Source of the DNA: an uncultured Fibrobacterota bacterium
GTDB lineage: Bacteria; Fibrobacterota; Chitinivibrionia; Chitinivibrionales; FEN-1185
Reading direction: 5' to 3'
DNA: 64,000 bases
NCBI GenBank assembly: GCA_963753345.1
Contig: CAVWBU010000036.1
Location: 13,477-77,476, forward strand
Part shown: positions 53,550 to 63,895 of the stretch, piece by piece
Layout of the letters: every line of letters starts with the position of its first letter
Position numbering within the stretch: the stretch's first letter is position 1
Notes under the pieces: model-generated
The model's database searches: none
The model's input: only the letters and a program-made list of their open reading frames with translations
What the model was told of the DNA's origin: nothing
Position numbers and translations under genes: made by a program

Positions 53550-55635
53550 TCCACGCAAATCCCCACCTGAAGGTGATCCCGGGCATAAAATAGCCCGGAA
53601 CGTAGGCATACTTGCGGTCCAGGATGTTGTCCACTTTGTAAAAGATGTTGAACGCCTTGATGTGCACCGCCATGCGCAGCGACAGGCTGGTAAGCTCCCT
53701 GCTCCAGAGGTCGGTCCCGCCGTACGGCACCGGGTCCCGCGCGCTCCAGTAATCGTACATCAGGTCGACCGTGATGTGCTCGCTCACGCCGAGCGGCTGG
53801 GCCGTGTAGTTGAGCGTGGTCTGCGACTTGACATACGGCTTTACGTCTGACACGATACAGCGCGAGCCGAGAGAGAATCCCAGCCACCTTCCGAACAGCG
53901 GCGCGGCAAGAACAGCGACGTGCGGCTGCTTGTAGGGCATGGTGCCGTCGGGCCAGAAGCGCGCGGCGGCGGCTGTATCCACGCCCGAAGCGCCGCACAC
54001 GCCCAGGGCGAGGCCGACCTTTTTATACCCGAGATACAGTTCCGCGCCGTAGACGTTGTAAACGTCGAAATAGGAGGTGAGCGGCGCGGCGATGGTGTCG
54101 AACGGCAGCAGGTAGGGAAGATGGTCGCGCAGGGCGAACAGGCGCAGCGTCTGGCCGTCGGCGGCCGCGGAAATCTCGGCCGAGTACACCAGGGAGTGAA
54201 CGGCCCCGCCCCCCTGCGGCGCCATGACGCCGTCGCCCAGGGTTGCCTTGACTGATGCGCTTATGCGCGAAGAAGAGAACCCGCGGCGGTATCCGGCGCG
54301 GGCGTCGCCCACGGTGGCGGCCGCCGCGGACCCGTTGTACAGGCCGCGTTCCTCGCGCTCGGCGGAGCCGGAGATCGCGATGGTGTCGTTGCCGAGCGGG
54401 AAAAACGGCTCAAGGGAAAGCGCGGCGTCGGTGTTGCGGCCGATCTTGAGCGCCGGGGTCAGCGAATTGACATTCGGGATAGTCGCGGTGTGGCCCTCCC
54501 ACACGGCGCGCGCGTCGGCGTTAAGCATGAGCCTGCCCGCCGGCATCGCCGGTATCGAGTGCGCCTGCGCCCGGAGGACGTTCGCGTAGCGCCACAGAGA
54601 CTCCCACGCAAGCCCGGCCGTGTCGTTCGTCGTATCCACCTGCTGCACGGCGAGATCGTCCCTGGCGTCCTCATACGAATACGAAATCCACGCGTTTCCC
54701 CAGGGGCCGGTGTGCGACGCAAGCACGAGCGACATGTTTGTTTCGCTGGACGTGGGATTTCTGCCGCCGTTTTCGAGGAGCGAGGTGTCGGCGATGAAAT
54801 AATCGTACAGCGAGGTCATGTCTCCCGCGGTCTCGTAGGTGTAGGGGGCGAAATAGCGGTAATTCGAGGACAGGGCGAAGTCGGTCGTGCGGGTGATCGG
54901 CCGTGAGAACCTCACGCCGAGAACGTTTTCGCCGAAAACGCCGTTTTCCCACAGCAGGCCCGTTTGGGGAATAACGAGCCCGGACGGCGCGCTGCTCACA
55001 TCGAGCCCCCGGGGACCGTTGCAGGAAACCTGCGTGACCTGGGTGGAGAAAACATTGTCGGTGCCGGTCATTGAGGTCGGATTCTCCGGAAACACATTGT
55101 TGTCGAAATACACGCCGTTCGGCAGAAGGGGAAAGCCATAGTACATGAACCGGTTAACGCCGCTGGACAGCGCGAAAGGCACGGCGACAACGGAAGGAAT
55201 TGTCCGCGCGGCTTCGGAAATGCCGATTGCGTCGGTGTGAAGGAATTGCCATGGACCAAACCCGCTGATCCCGAAGATCGAATCGGGCGACGACGGAAAC
55301 TTGAGGTACTGCTGCTTGGTGCGGGCGATTTCACGCATGAGCGAGTCGCGTTTGGCGGCCTTGCGCAGAGAGTCCGCGGCAGCGGCGGCCTGACTTGGCT
55401 GCCGCGGCGTCAAGGGGGGTGCGTTTGCAGGAACCGCTCGCTTGAGCGAATCGGCGTGGACTGCGTCGGAGGGCGCTGCGCCGCTGTCGGGCATTGCCTT
55501 CACCATGGCCGGCGATGGCGTCTGGCCGCTAATGGAAAGCGGCGCCGCGAGGAAGGCGGCGAGAAGCCCGCATGAGAGCGGAAGAAAGATGCGTCGCTTG
55601 GTGCGCGCGCATCCGAAGAACAATCGAACGGTCAT
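53539..55635 (-). CDS. Putative outer-membrane porin / TonB-receptor-like beta-barrel
   Basis: Signal peptide; C-terminal VDNILDRKY..PGY.MPG..FRWGFAW. Confidence 0.65.
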   Translation of the reverse strand: MTVRLFFGCARTKRRIFLPLSCGLLAAFLAAPLSISGQTPSPAMVKAMPDSGAAPSDAVHADSLKRAVPANAPPLTPRQPSQAAAAADSLRKAAKRDSLMREIARTKQQYLKFPSSPDSIFGISGFGPWQFLHTDAIGISEAARTIPSVVAVPFALSSGVNRFMYYGFPLLPNGVYFDNNVFPENPTSMTGTDNVFSTQVTQVSCNGPRGLDVSSAPSGLVIPQTGLLWENGVFGENVLGVRFSRPITRTTDFALSSNYRYFAPYTYETAGDMTSLYDYFIADTSLLENGGRNPTSSETNMSLVLASHTGPWGNAWISYSYEDARDDLAVQQVDTTNDTAGLAWESLWRYANVLRAQAHSIPAMPAGRLMLNADARAVWEGHTATIPNVNSLTPALKIGRNTDAALSLEPFFPLGNDTIAISGSAEREERGLYNGSAAAATVGDARAGYRRGFSSSRISASVKATLGDGVMAPQGGGAVHSLVYSAEISAAADGQTLRLFALRDHLPYLLPFDTIAAPLTSYFDVYNVYGAELYLGYKKVGLALGVCGASGVDTAAAARFWPDGTMPYKQPHVAVLAAPLFGRWLGFSLGSRCIVSDVKPYVKSQTTLNYTAQPLGVSEHITVDLMYDYWSARDPVPYGGTDLWSRELTSLSLRMAVHIKAFNIFYKVDNILDRKYAYVPGYFMPGITFRWGFAWIIQ

Positions 55636-55847
55636 CCTGCACCTGCTCCAATGCGGCGTTGCCCGAACAAAAAATCTGCGCTGCAACCGCCGGCCCGTTT
55701 TGATGGGATTGCGACTGAAGAAAAATACAAAGCGCTCTTGCCCGGCGTGAAAAATACCCTCGCGCGGCAATCTTTTCCGCGCACACCCGTAGTATTCTGC
55801 GTCGATATATATTTCTGCATAAGCAACTTTTTCGGCGCAAGTTTTTC

Positions 55848-58019
55848 ATGATGGATCGACACGAGAACGGTTTTGCTCACCTTTCGGCCGGACGTCTCTT
55901 TTTGTTAAGGTCGGCGCTGCCGCTTGCATGCGTGATGATTCTCTGCTCAGGCTGCCTTTACTTTAATCTCTTTTACAATGCGGAAACTTCCTTCGACACG
56001 GCCTTCAAGGCGCACCAGAAGCTCCTCAAGAACAACCCGGACTCGGCCTTGACGCTTCCCGCCGAGATCGAAACCGGGTACAAGAAGACTGTCGACAAAT
56101 GCCTGAAACTGTTCGAAGTGTATCCGAAGGACAAGAAATGGCACGACAAGGCCCTCTTTCTCATGGGGAAGGCGGATTTCTACCTTGGCGAGTACGACAA
56201 GACGATCCGCATCTGCGCGCAGCTGCAGCGCGAGTTCCCGGCAAGTCCGCTCATACCGGAATCGTACCTGTATATGGGCAGGGCCCAGCTTAAGAAAGGG
56301 AATCTCGAGGAGGCCGAAAAGACCCTTTCAATCGCCTTGGAGCGATACCCTGATCTTGACAAAAGGCAGGACGTGAGCATGCTGATGGCCGAAATCGTTG
56401 TTCGCAGGCAGGGAAAGTCGCAGGCCGTGGCGTTGCTCGAAGCCACCTACAAGAGCGCCAAAACGGCCGACAGGAAAATGGAGCTTGCCATTAAGATCGC
56501 GCAGCTCTACCGCGACCTCAAGCTGTTCGACAAAGCCATCGCGGTTCTGCGCGGGTGTCCGCGCGAACGCGACCTTACCGACCAGCTGTACCGCATGGAC
56601 TTCCTGCTCGTTTTGTGCCTTGGAGACAAGGGGGAATACGTCCAGGCGCTCGACCTCGTCAATTCGATGCTCGTTAACAAACAGTACTACTCGCGGTTCG
56701 CGATGCTGATGCTGCGGAAGGCGGGGCTTCTCGAGAGCCTTGACCGGCTCGATCCTGCGCTGGCGGTTTACAAACAGATCACCGAAAGCGCGAACGGGGG
56801 CGACGCCGTGGGGGTCGCGTGGTTCGAGATGGGGTGCGTGTACCAGACGCGTCGCATCGATCTCAAAAAGGCGAAGGAATGCTTCGACAAGGCGCTATTG
56901 TCCCTCAAGGACGCCGACCTCAAGGACGCGGCCACGAGGCGGAGCAAGGCCCTCGATATCATCCTCAAATACGGCGAAGGCAAAGCGCCCCCCGACACGG
57001 CAAAAGGTGAAGGAGCGTCGGGCCCTGATTTCAAGGTGGGCGAGCTGTACTGGCTGGAGCTTGACCGTCCGGATTCCGCCTACCGCTATTTCTGCGCGGC
57101 GGTGCGCGACACCCATCACCGCGCGCTGGTTCCCAAGGCGCTGTATGCCGCGGCATGGATCGCACGGTACTCTCTCAAGGACAGCGTGCGGGCCGACAGC
57201 CTGTACCGGCTTTTGCTTTCGCGGTATCCGTCGAACCTGTATTCGAAGAAGGCGCAGGAGGCGCGCGGCGAAAAGATAACCGTGTTTACGCGGGCGGATT
57301 CGGCGCGGGCCGCGTTTGAGGAGGCCGAGGAAATCTTTCTGGAAGACAACAACCCCGATTCGGCCGCCGAGGCGTACCTGGAAGTGTACCGCAGGTTCCC
57401 GGATTCCGACTTCGGGCCAAAGAGCCTGTACGCCGCGGCATTTATCTACGACAATGTTCTTGACAAAAACAGAACCGCCAAAGGCATCTACGAAATGTTG
57501 TGCGATTCGTTTCCCAAGTCCTCGTACTGCCTCGACGAAGCGAAACCCCGGCTCAAGACGGTCGCCGATTCGGTCGCGGCCATGAAGAACAGGCGGAAAT
57601 CCGGCGGACCCGTTGCGCAGGCTTCGGGAAAACCGCCGCAGAACCAGGCTGCGGCCGCAAAGGCGCTGGCCGACACGGCCCTGCCGCTCTTGACGGACAA
57701 GGATTCGGCGTCGGCCGGGCGGCATGTTCCCCTTTCGCAACCAGGTCCGGGGATGGCGCCGGGCGTGCCCCCCGGATATATGCGCGGGATGTATCGCGGA
57801 AGCGTGCCCCCGGGCACGCCGCAGACGGCCGTGGAATCAACCGCCCCGGTCGCGTCAACGCAGCCCGCCCTGGTAAGGCCCGATTCCGCAGCCGGAATCC
57901 ATTCAACGGCGCCCTCCGCCGTTCCTGCCGCCATCGTGCCTCCGGCCGTGCAGCATACGAGCGCGGCCATTCCCGACACCATCGGCAAGAACACGCCCGC
58001 GGCTGCGGGCGGCAAGTAG
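55848..58019 (+). CDS. TPR-repeat lipoprotein with Pro/Ala-rich tail
   Basis: LCSGC lipobox, YFNLFYNA, repeated FPxS and ALY/AxF TPR motifs. Confidence 0.8.
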   Translation: MMDRHENGFAHLSAGRLFLLRSALPLACVMILCSGCLYFNLFYNAETSFDTAFKAHQKLLKNNPDSALTLPAEIETGYKKTVDKCLKLFEVYPKDKKWHDKALFLMGKADFYLGEYDKTIRICAQLQREFPASPLIPESYLYMGRAQLKKGNLEEAEKTLSIALERYPDLDKRQDVSMLMAEIVVRRQGKSQAVALLEATYKSAKTADRKMELAIKIAQLYRDLKLFDKAIAVLRGCPRERDLTDQLYRMDFLLVLCLGDKGEYVQALDLVNSMLVNKQYYSRFAMLMLRKAGLLESLDRLDPALAVYKQITESANGGDAVGVAWFEMGCVYQTRRIDLKKAKECFDKALLSLKDADLKDAATRRSKALDIILKYGEGKAPPDTAKGEGASGPDFKVGELYWLELDRPDSAYRYFCAAVRDTHHRALVPKALYAAAWIARYSLKDSVRADSLYRLLLSRYPSNLYSKKAQEARGEKITVFTRADSARAAFEEAEEIFLEDNNPDSAAEAYLEVYRRFPDSDFGPKSLYAAAFIYDNVLDKNRTAKGIYEMLCDSFPKSSYCLDEAKPRLKTVADSVAAMKNRRKSGGPVAQASGKPPQNQAAAAKALADTALPLLTDKDSASAGRHVPLSQPGPGMAPGVPPGYMRGMYRGSVPPGTPQTAVESTAPVASTQPALVRPDSAAGIHSTAPSAVPAAIVPPAVQHTSAAIPDTIGKNTPAAAGGK

Positions 58020-58157
58020 GGCCGCGGTTTACATCCAGGAAACCCTGGCGCGGCGGCGCGGCACAACAGATATTATTTTCATACTGCCGCACGCCACGCC
58101 CGGTTGCGGGCGGCCGGATGCGGCCAACGGTCTGCAAACGTACGAAAGGTTGATTCC

Positions 58158-59937
58158 ATGCGAAAAATGTTTCTTCTGACTGCCGCCGTGCTGTGCATTG
58201 CTGCCGGTGATGGCGGCCGGCCAGGCGGTGTCCACGAAGGAAGCCGGAGCGTACGAGCGCAAATCGGTGACCTACATCGACGCGCTGTGGCTCATGGACG
58301 AATCGGTGCGGGGCTTGCCTCCCCATCAGGTGAGGGAGATTCTCGACGCCGTGAAGCGCGCGCTCTTTATGCGGCGGTTCGACTACAATCCTGTTCCCGA
58401 TTCTCTGCTGCGCGATTTTGTCGCCCAGGCAAACGCGATAAAATACCCCTATGTCAACGAAGCCATCGCCACGGCGGGCGGCGCCGATCCCATGCTCGAC
58501 AGCATCGCGGCCGTCATGGAGCGGACCGTGGTCGCGCGCGTGCTCGAAATCGTTGACCTCAACAAGGAACTGCGCGCCGCCAACCTCACCAGCGAACAGG
58601 AGCGGAATTCCTTTATCGCCGACAAGGCAAAGACCATGGGCATCACCGTGGACGACATCGAGAAGGTGATGAATTCGGCGTACATTTTCCTGCCGCTCAT
58701 ACGGGGCTATACGGCCGAGCTCAAAGACAGCGCGTATTCGACCGGCCTGGCGGCCGGCATCGTCTGGTTTCGTATCTCGACAAAAGGGGAAAAAGCGCGC
58801 GCGATCCCGGTGGTGAAGAGCATCACCTATTCGTCCGGTGTTTCGATGAAGGACCGGCACTACGCGACCGGATCGGGCATGGTTGACTACAGGGAATTTG
58901 CGTTCCTCTCGGCGGTCAAGAACGCCGCCCGCAATCTGACGGTCGCGACGCAGCAGATCCCGGATTTCAGGCTCTCCGGGCAGGTTGTCGACAAAGGGTT
59001 TATGAGCGTGGGGTTCAACCTGGGAAAGCGCGAGGGGATCTCGGTCGACGACAAATACCAGATCGTCGAGATTACCGAAGACGAAAGCGGCAAGCAGACG
59101 GCCAAGAAATCCGGATGGGTGATGGTGACGTCGGTGGCGGATTCCTCATCGAAGCACGGGTACAAGTCGTCGGCTGAGGTGATCGGCGGAAGCCCGTACA
59201 TGGGCGCGGTGCTCAGCGAATACCCGAGACTGCCGCTCGATCTGATCATCCGGGGACGCATGTTCGCCTTTTCCGCAAAAGACACCGTTACCGACCTCAT
59301 CGACCACCTCACGCTTGCAAACGGCTACGGCGGCGGAATTGACATTCAGTACAACCTCGGCAGGCTGTTCGGCCTCAATCAGTTCTTCTTCGGGCTTTCC
59401 GGCGGCGTTGGAACGGGCGCGGTGTCGGGATACAAAGACAGCCTGTACGACAGCATAAACGGCCTTGACCACGGCGGGGCAAAAATAAGCAGTCTCCTCA
59501 ACTGGTCCGTCGAGCTGTCTCTTGTCAAGAAGTTTTACATCGGCCGCCTCGCAATCGTGTTGCAGCCGGAGGTGGGGTATCAGTCGCTCATTCTCCAGAC
59601 CGACAAATGGACAAATGGGAGCGGCGACGACGAATACTACATGCTCACCAACGCCGCGCTCGGGTTCGCGGCAAACGGCGGGCTGGAATTCGCGCTGTCG
59701 CCGAGCGTCAACCTCGGGGTCGGCGCAGGGTACCAAATGTACGGCACAAGTTCAAACTGGGACTATTCGTATAAGACCGGCAGCGGCGGCAACTGGCAGA
59801 AAATCGCAACGGTCAACAATAGCACGCCCGTGAACCAAACAGGAGTGACGGCGAGCGCGTATCTTGTCTGGTCGCTGCCGTCGATTGCGTTCGATCCGCT
59901 CGATGCTCTGCGGGGAGTGGCGGGGGGAGTAAAATAA
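58158..59937 (+). CDS. Secreted/outer-membrane protein with C-terminal beta-barrel (+1 frameshift in signal peptide near 58195)
   Basis: MRKMFLLTAAVL in one frame joins LLPVMAAGQA of ORF 58198..59937. Confidence 0.65.
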
Positions 59938-59960
59938 AGAGATTCAAATAAATGTAAATC

Positions 59961-60381
59961 TGGTGGGGGAAGGTTCCCCCTGGGGTGCAACCAACCGGCG
60001 AATGAAAAATATGGTTCCAAACCGCGCCGGTTGTTTGCACCCACACCCCCTCGTGGGTAGCCCCCAAGGAAGTTGATTGGCGAGAAAGAATCCAAAGCTG
60101 CGGGGGCACCGAGAAAAAGCGTTGAAACGTTGAATAGTTGAAGAGTTGAGAAATTTAATAGAATCTTTGATTGCTTTATTTGGACAGCGATTGGCGTGAG
60201 AATGAACACTTGACTGAATAGAATCCATCTGCCGCGCGTTAGGGGCGACGGAGGGTGTGCAAGAGCACATTGCTGGCCGACCCCGCCGTCAGGCATAGGG
60301 GTGGACCGGCAACGAGGCGAATAGCCGAGCCCGGAGGAGAACCGACCCGACCCCGAGCTTTGTCGAGGGGGAGGGGAACGC
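59961..60381 (+). repeat. Composite structured intergenic element (A + 8-mer array + B)
   Basis: GGGGGAAGGTTCCCCC..GGGTAGCCCCC..GGGGGCACC; gttgaaac gttgaata gttgaaga gttgagaa; GCGTTAGGGG..GGGGAACG. Confidence 0.85.
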
Positions 60382-60433
60382 TAGAATCCAATTTGTTTTG
60401 GCAATCTATTACTCACCAGAAAGGATAAGCCAT

Positions 60434-61651
60434 ATGAAAAAGCTTCTTCTCTCCTGCATTGCAATGTCGTTGTGCATTCAGCCTTCTCACGCCAAAGACT
60501 CAAACCTTCCCGTCTCAAACCAGGCAACCTTCGTGGAAACGTATTCTCCCTCGGAGGTAACCATCCAAGCCACGGGCCTGGGCCGCAGCGACAAGGACGC
60601 GATTCTTGACTTGCGCAAATGCGCCGTCAATTTCGTCCTCACCCTCGGCACCGACCCCCTTCTTTCAACGCAGGCCGCAAAGAACCAGTTCGGCGGTATC
60701 GCCGAGGAGTTCTTCGACAACGCAAATGTAAACAAGTACATTTCCTGGGAGGCGAACGCGGTAGTCTCGGCCGTAAAGACGCGTCTGCCAAACGGAAAAG
60801 ACGGCATGAAGATCACCAAGGCCGTGCGCGTCAACAAGAAACTGCTCACCGACGACCTGGTCGCCAAGGGCATCATCTCCTCCCATGAAGATTTGTCAAG
60901 CGCCATCGGCATGCCCACCATCATGGTGATCCCCGACGTGCCAAAGGACCAGACCCCGCTGCAGGTGTTCGAGGCCAACCCGCTCGCCAAGCACGCGGCC
61001 GCGGTCATCGAAAGCTACCTTACGGCGCGCAAGTACGACGTGGTGGTGCCGCAATCGGCCGACCAGATAAGCCAGATGACGCGGCTGCACGGCGACATCA
61101 AGGGCGCCGAGGAAGACATGGGATACCAGCTCGCCCTCGCCCTGGGATCGGACATCTACATCGTGTTTTCGGGCATGGTGTACGCGCAGAACAAGGTGAC
61201 GCTCCAGATAAAGGCCTACGAGACCACCACGGCGCGGCTGCTCGGCACCGAGACCGGGTACAGCGCGGCCCGGCCCGGCCCGGCCGAACCGCTCGTCGAA
61301 GAGGCGGTGAACAGCGCGATTGACAAAGTGTTGCAGCGGCTTGTCAACTACTGGCAGGACGACGTGAAGAAGGGGATCCAGTACAAGCTGGTCTTCAAGA
61401 GCCTGTCCGGCGCCATCGACGAAAATCTCAAGGACAAGATTTCCGACCTCATGGACTCCACGTTCGCCTTGTCGAAAGACAACATCATCACCGACAAGAC
61501 GCTCGACTACAACGTGTGGGCGAAGAAGACGGAGTTCAACAAGTCGAGAAATATCTACCGGAAGTTCCGGGATGCGCTCAAGAGTTCGGCGAAATTGTCG
61601 GAGATCGTCGTGAATAGAAAACTGATTATTATTGGTATTGAACCGTTATGA
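60434..61651 (+). CDS. Secreted protein, DUF6175-like
   Basis: Signal peptide; MPTIMVIP, LGSDIYI, KAYETTTARLLG. Confidence 0.6.
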   Translation: MKKLLLSCIAMSLCIQPSHAKDSNLPVSNQATFVETYSPSEVTIQATGLGRSDKDAILDLRKCAVNFVLTLGTDPLLSTQAAKNQFGGIAEEFFDNANVNKYISWEANAVVSAVKTRLPNGKDGMKITKAVRVNKKLLTDDLVAKGIISSHEDLSSAIGMPTIMVIPDVPKDQTPLQVFEANPLAKHAAAVIESYLTARKYDVVVPQSADQISQMTRLHGDIKGAEEDMGYQLALALGSDIYIVFSGMVYAQNKVTLQIKAYETTTARLLGTETGYSAARPGPAEPLVEEAVNSAIDKVLQRLVNYWQDDVKKGIQYKLVFKSLSGAIDENLKDKISDLMDSTFALSKDNIITDKTLDYNVWAKKTEFNKSRNIYRKFRDALKSSAKLSEIVVNRKLIIIGIEPL

Positions 61652-61672
61652 AGATAATCAAGAATATTTGAT

Positions 61673-61931
61673 GGGGGAAGGCTCCCCCTGGCCCCACGCC
61701 TCCTCGGCCTCTGGCCTGCGGGGTCTTGGGGCACACCCCCTCCTGGGTGCACCCCAAGTGAGTGTAGTTGCAAGAGTCAAGCTTCGGTTGGGGGACACCC
61801 GCGTGGAGCAGTGGTAAAGGGAACTTTCTTTACTTTGTATCTTTGTTGCTTTGTAACTTTGTAACTTCTAGTTCTGCGGGGGCACCGAGAAGAGTGGTTG
61901 AAAGTTGACGGTTGACAGTTGGCAGTTGACG
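61673..61931 (+). repeat. Module A copy followed by 8-mer and 7-mer arrays
   Basis: Core 61736-61801 nearly identical to 62795-62860; ctttgt 8-mers; gttgaaa gttgacg gttgaca gttggca gttgacg. Confidence 0.85.
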
Positions 61932-62003
61932 GCAGGATGAAGAACGCAATGTGCCATTGCGAGCGGCCCGAAACACCACAAAGCGTCTTCCCCTGCGGGT
62001 GTT

Positions 62004-62438
62004 CTATTCTTTGCTGCAGGTATCCACCGACTTGTCGGACGAGAAGATGATTTCTCCCGTTGAGTATCGCGACAACGCGTACCTGGCGGTGTCGTTTGCC
62101 GTTCCCGACAAATCTCCCGGATAGACTAAAAGAGTGTCGTGCCTGGTTGTCCATCGTTGCATGAAAGGAATGCAGACAGGCAGCGGAATTGTGCCGCACG
62201 GAGAACGCACTATCTGCCGTATGCATATTCCTATGCTGTCCGGATAAATCCAATAGGTGCTCTTGTAAACGGCGGTGTCGGGCGCCAGGACGACGCCATT
62301 CGCAACGCAGCTTTCAACGGTTACATACGAGGCACTCCAGATACCAATCAAGTCCTGCCGCTGTATATACGGATTGGCGTTCTCAACAGGATTGCAGGAA
62401 ACCAAGGCGACAACGGCGAAAAGCATCAGTTTCTTCAC
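62004..62438 (-). CDS. Small lipoprotein (GTG start)
   Basis: GGAGG RBS, KKLMLFAVVALVSC lipobox, LIGIW lipocalin-like motif. Confidence 0.65.
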   Translation of the reverse strand: MKKLMLFAVVALVSCNPVENANPYIQRQDLIGIWSASYVTVESCVANGVVLAPDTAVYKSTYWIYPDSIGICIRQIVRSPCGTIPLPVCIPFMQRWTTRHDTLLVYPGDLSGTANDTARYALSRYSTGEIIFSSDKSVDTCSKE

Positions 62439-62734
62439 TGGGTTTTCCTCCATTCTTCCTGGTCTTTTGCGGGGCGGCAGGTTGCGCACCCTGCAATGAT
62501 AGTCGCAGCTTTGCGGAGAAAAGTTCACCGCTTCAAAATACATACCTGCCCCAAACGACGCCGAGCGCCTACTTGTGCCTGTAAAATAGCCTTACCAACA
62601 TCGAATAAACAGCCCTTGACGCCAGACAGGGGCTGACGAAATCGATTTCGTTGCATTTAGCCAGTACCTTTTGTATACTGAATGCAGATACCATGTCTGC
62701 CCTTTGTACGAGTTGACGGATACATGAAGCTGGC

Positions 62735-63152
62735 GGGGGAAGAATCCCCCTCGCTCCGGCCTCCTCGGCCTTCGGCCTGCGGTGTCCTGCGCTACCCCCT
62801 CCTGGGTGCACCCCAAGAGAGGGTAGTTGCAAGAGTCAAGCTTCGGTTGGGGGGCACCCGAGGAGCGCAGTGGCAAAAAAAGGAAATTGAATAGTTGAAT
62901 GGTTGAAAAGTTGATGAGTTGAAAACTTAAAGAAAAAAACCGTCGGCTGATTTGCTGCGGATACCGATTGGCGCGGGGAGAAGTAATTGACTGAATAGAA
63001 TTTCCCTGCCGCGCGTTAGGGGCGACTGGAGGCCGCGTTGGAACGCGGTGCCGCCCGGACCCGCCGCTACTGCGGCATAGGGCCGTGGCGGCCCGAGGGC
63101 AGAGCCCGAGACCGGAAGGAGAACCGACCCGAGCGAAGCGAGGGGAACGCCC
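62735..63152 (+). repeat. Composite structured intergenic element (A + 8-mer array + B)
   Basis: Same module order and terminal GGGGAACGCCC as other copies. Confidence 0.85.
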
Positions 63153-63199
63153 ATTATTTGTATGTTATATATTGTAAACGACACAAATGAAAGGATTGT

Positions 63200-63859
63200 A
63201 TGAGCATGAAGAAAAATGTCATCCTGATCGATTACGAGAACGTCCAGAAGCACAATCTGAGGCCGTTGCTCGAACATGATGTCCTGATAAAGGTTTTTCA
63301 TGGCGAAAACCAGAAGTTCACGAGCGAATTTACCAGACTTGCCCTGGAATTCGGCAAGGAGAAATTCGAGCTGGTGGGAATAAAGGGACAGGGCAAGAAC
63401 GCGGCGGATTTCCACATCGCCTACTTTATCGGCAAACTTTCAAAAGAGATCCCGAATTCGTCCTTCCACATAATCTCAAGAGACACGGGGTTCAAGGTGC
63501 TTGCGGATTTTTTGAATCAAGTGCAAAGCATACCCTGCAGGGTGGAGTCGTCCATTGCAGACATGCCGCTGCTGAAACCGGTTGCGCCTGCGATAAAACC
63601 ACACGAGTCTGCGGCGAAGCCCTTTTTACCCATGGCCAGGCCGGTTGCGGCCAGGACGAGTGAGGATTGGTATGCATTGGTCAAAGGCAGATTAACTGAT
63701 GTAAGGGCCCACAAACCGAAGAAGAAAAAGACGCTGCGGAACCAGATAATAAGTATCTGCAAGAGAAAGATAAATGAGATTGAAGCGGACGGGATTATAC
63801 AGAGGCTGGTTGACAATAGGGTGATTGAATGCAGGGGTGAATCGATAATTTATAAGTAA
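63200..63859 (+). CDS. PIN/NYN-like domain protein
   Basis: LIDYENV, GKNAADFHIAY, IISRDTGF. Confidence 0.85.
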   Translation: MSMKKNVILIDYENVQKHNLRPLLEHDVLIKVFHGENQKFTSEFTRLALEFGKEKFELVGIKGQGKNAADFHIAYFIGKLSKEIPNSSFHIISRDTGFKVLADFLNQVQSIPCRVESSIADMPLLKPVAPAIKPHESAAKPFLPMARPVAARTSEDWYALVKGRLTDVRAHKPKKKKTLRNQIISICKRKINEIEADGIIQRLVDNRVIECRGESIIYK

Positions 63860-63895
63860 TGAGTTTCATGAAGGACAAAACCCAAGTAAATAATT

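Noticed and set aside
2397-59736. Many long antisense or alternate-frame ORFs (e.g. 4512..5726, 12882..14153, 40908..42389, 44583..46106, 49127..50758)
   Set aside because: Shadows of GC-rich genes with no recognisable motifs.
61632-62894. Similar short ORFs (61632..61817, 62682..62894, 61555..61773, 62569..62832)
   Set aside because: Similarity comes from repeat module A; starts and lengths are not conserved.
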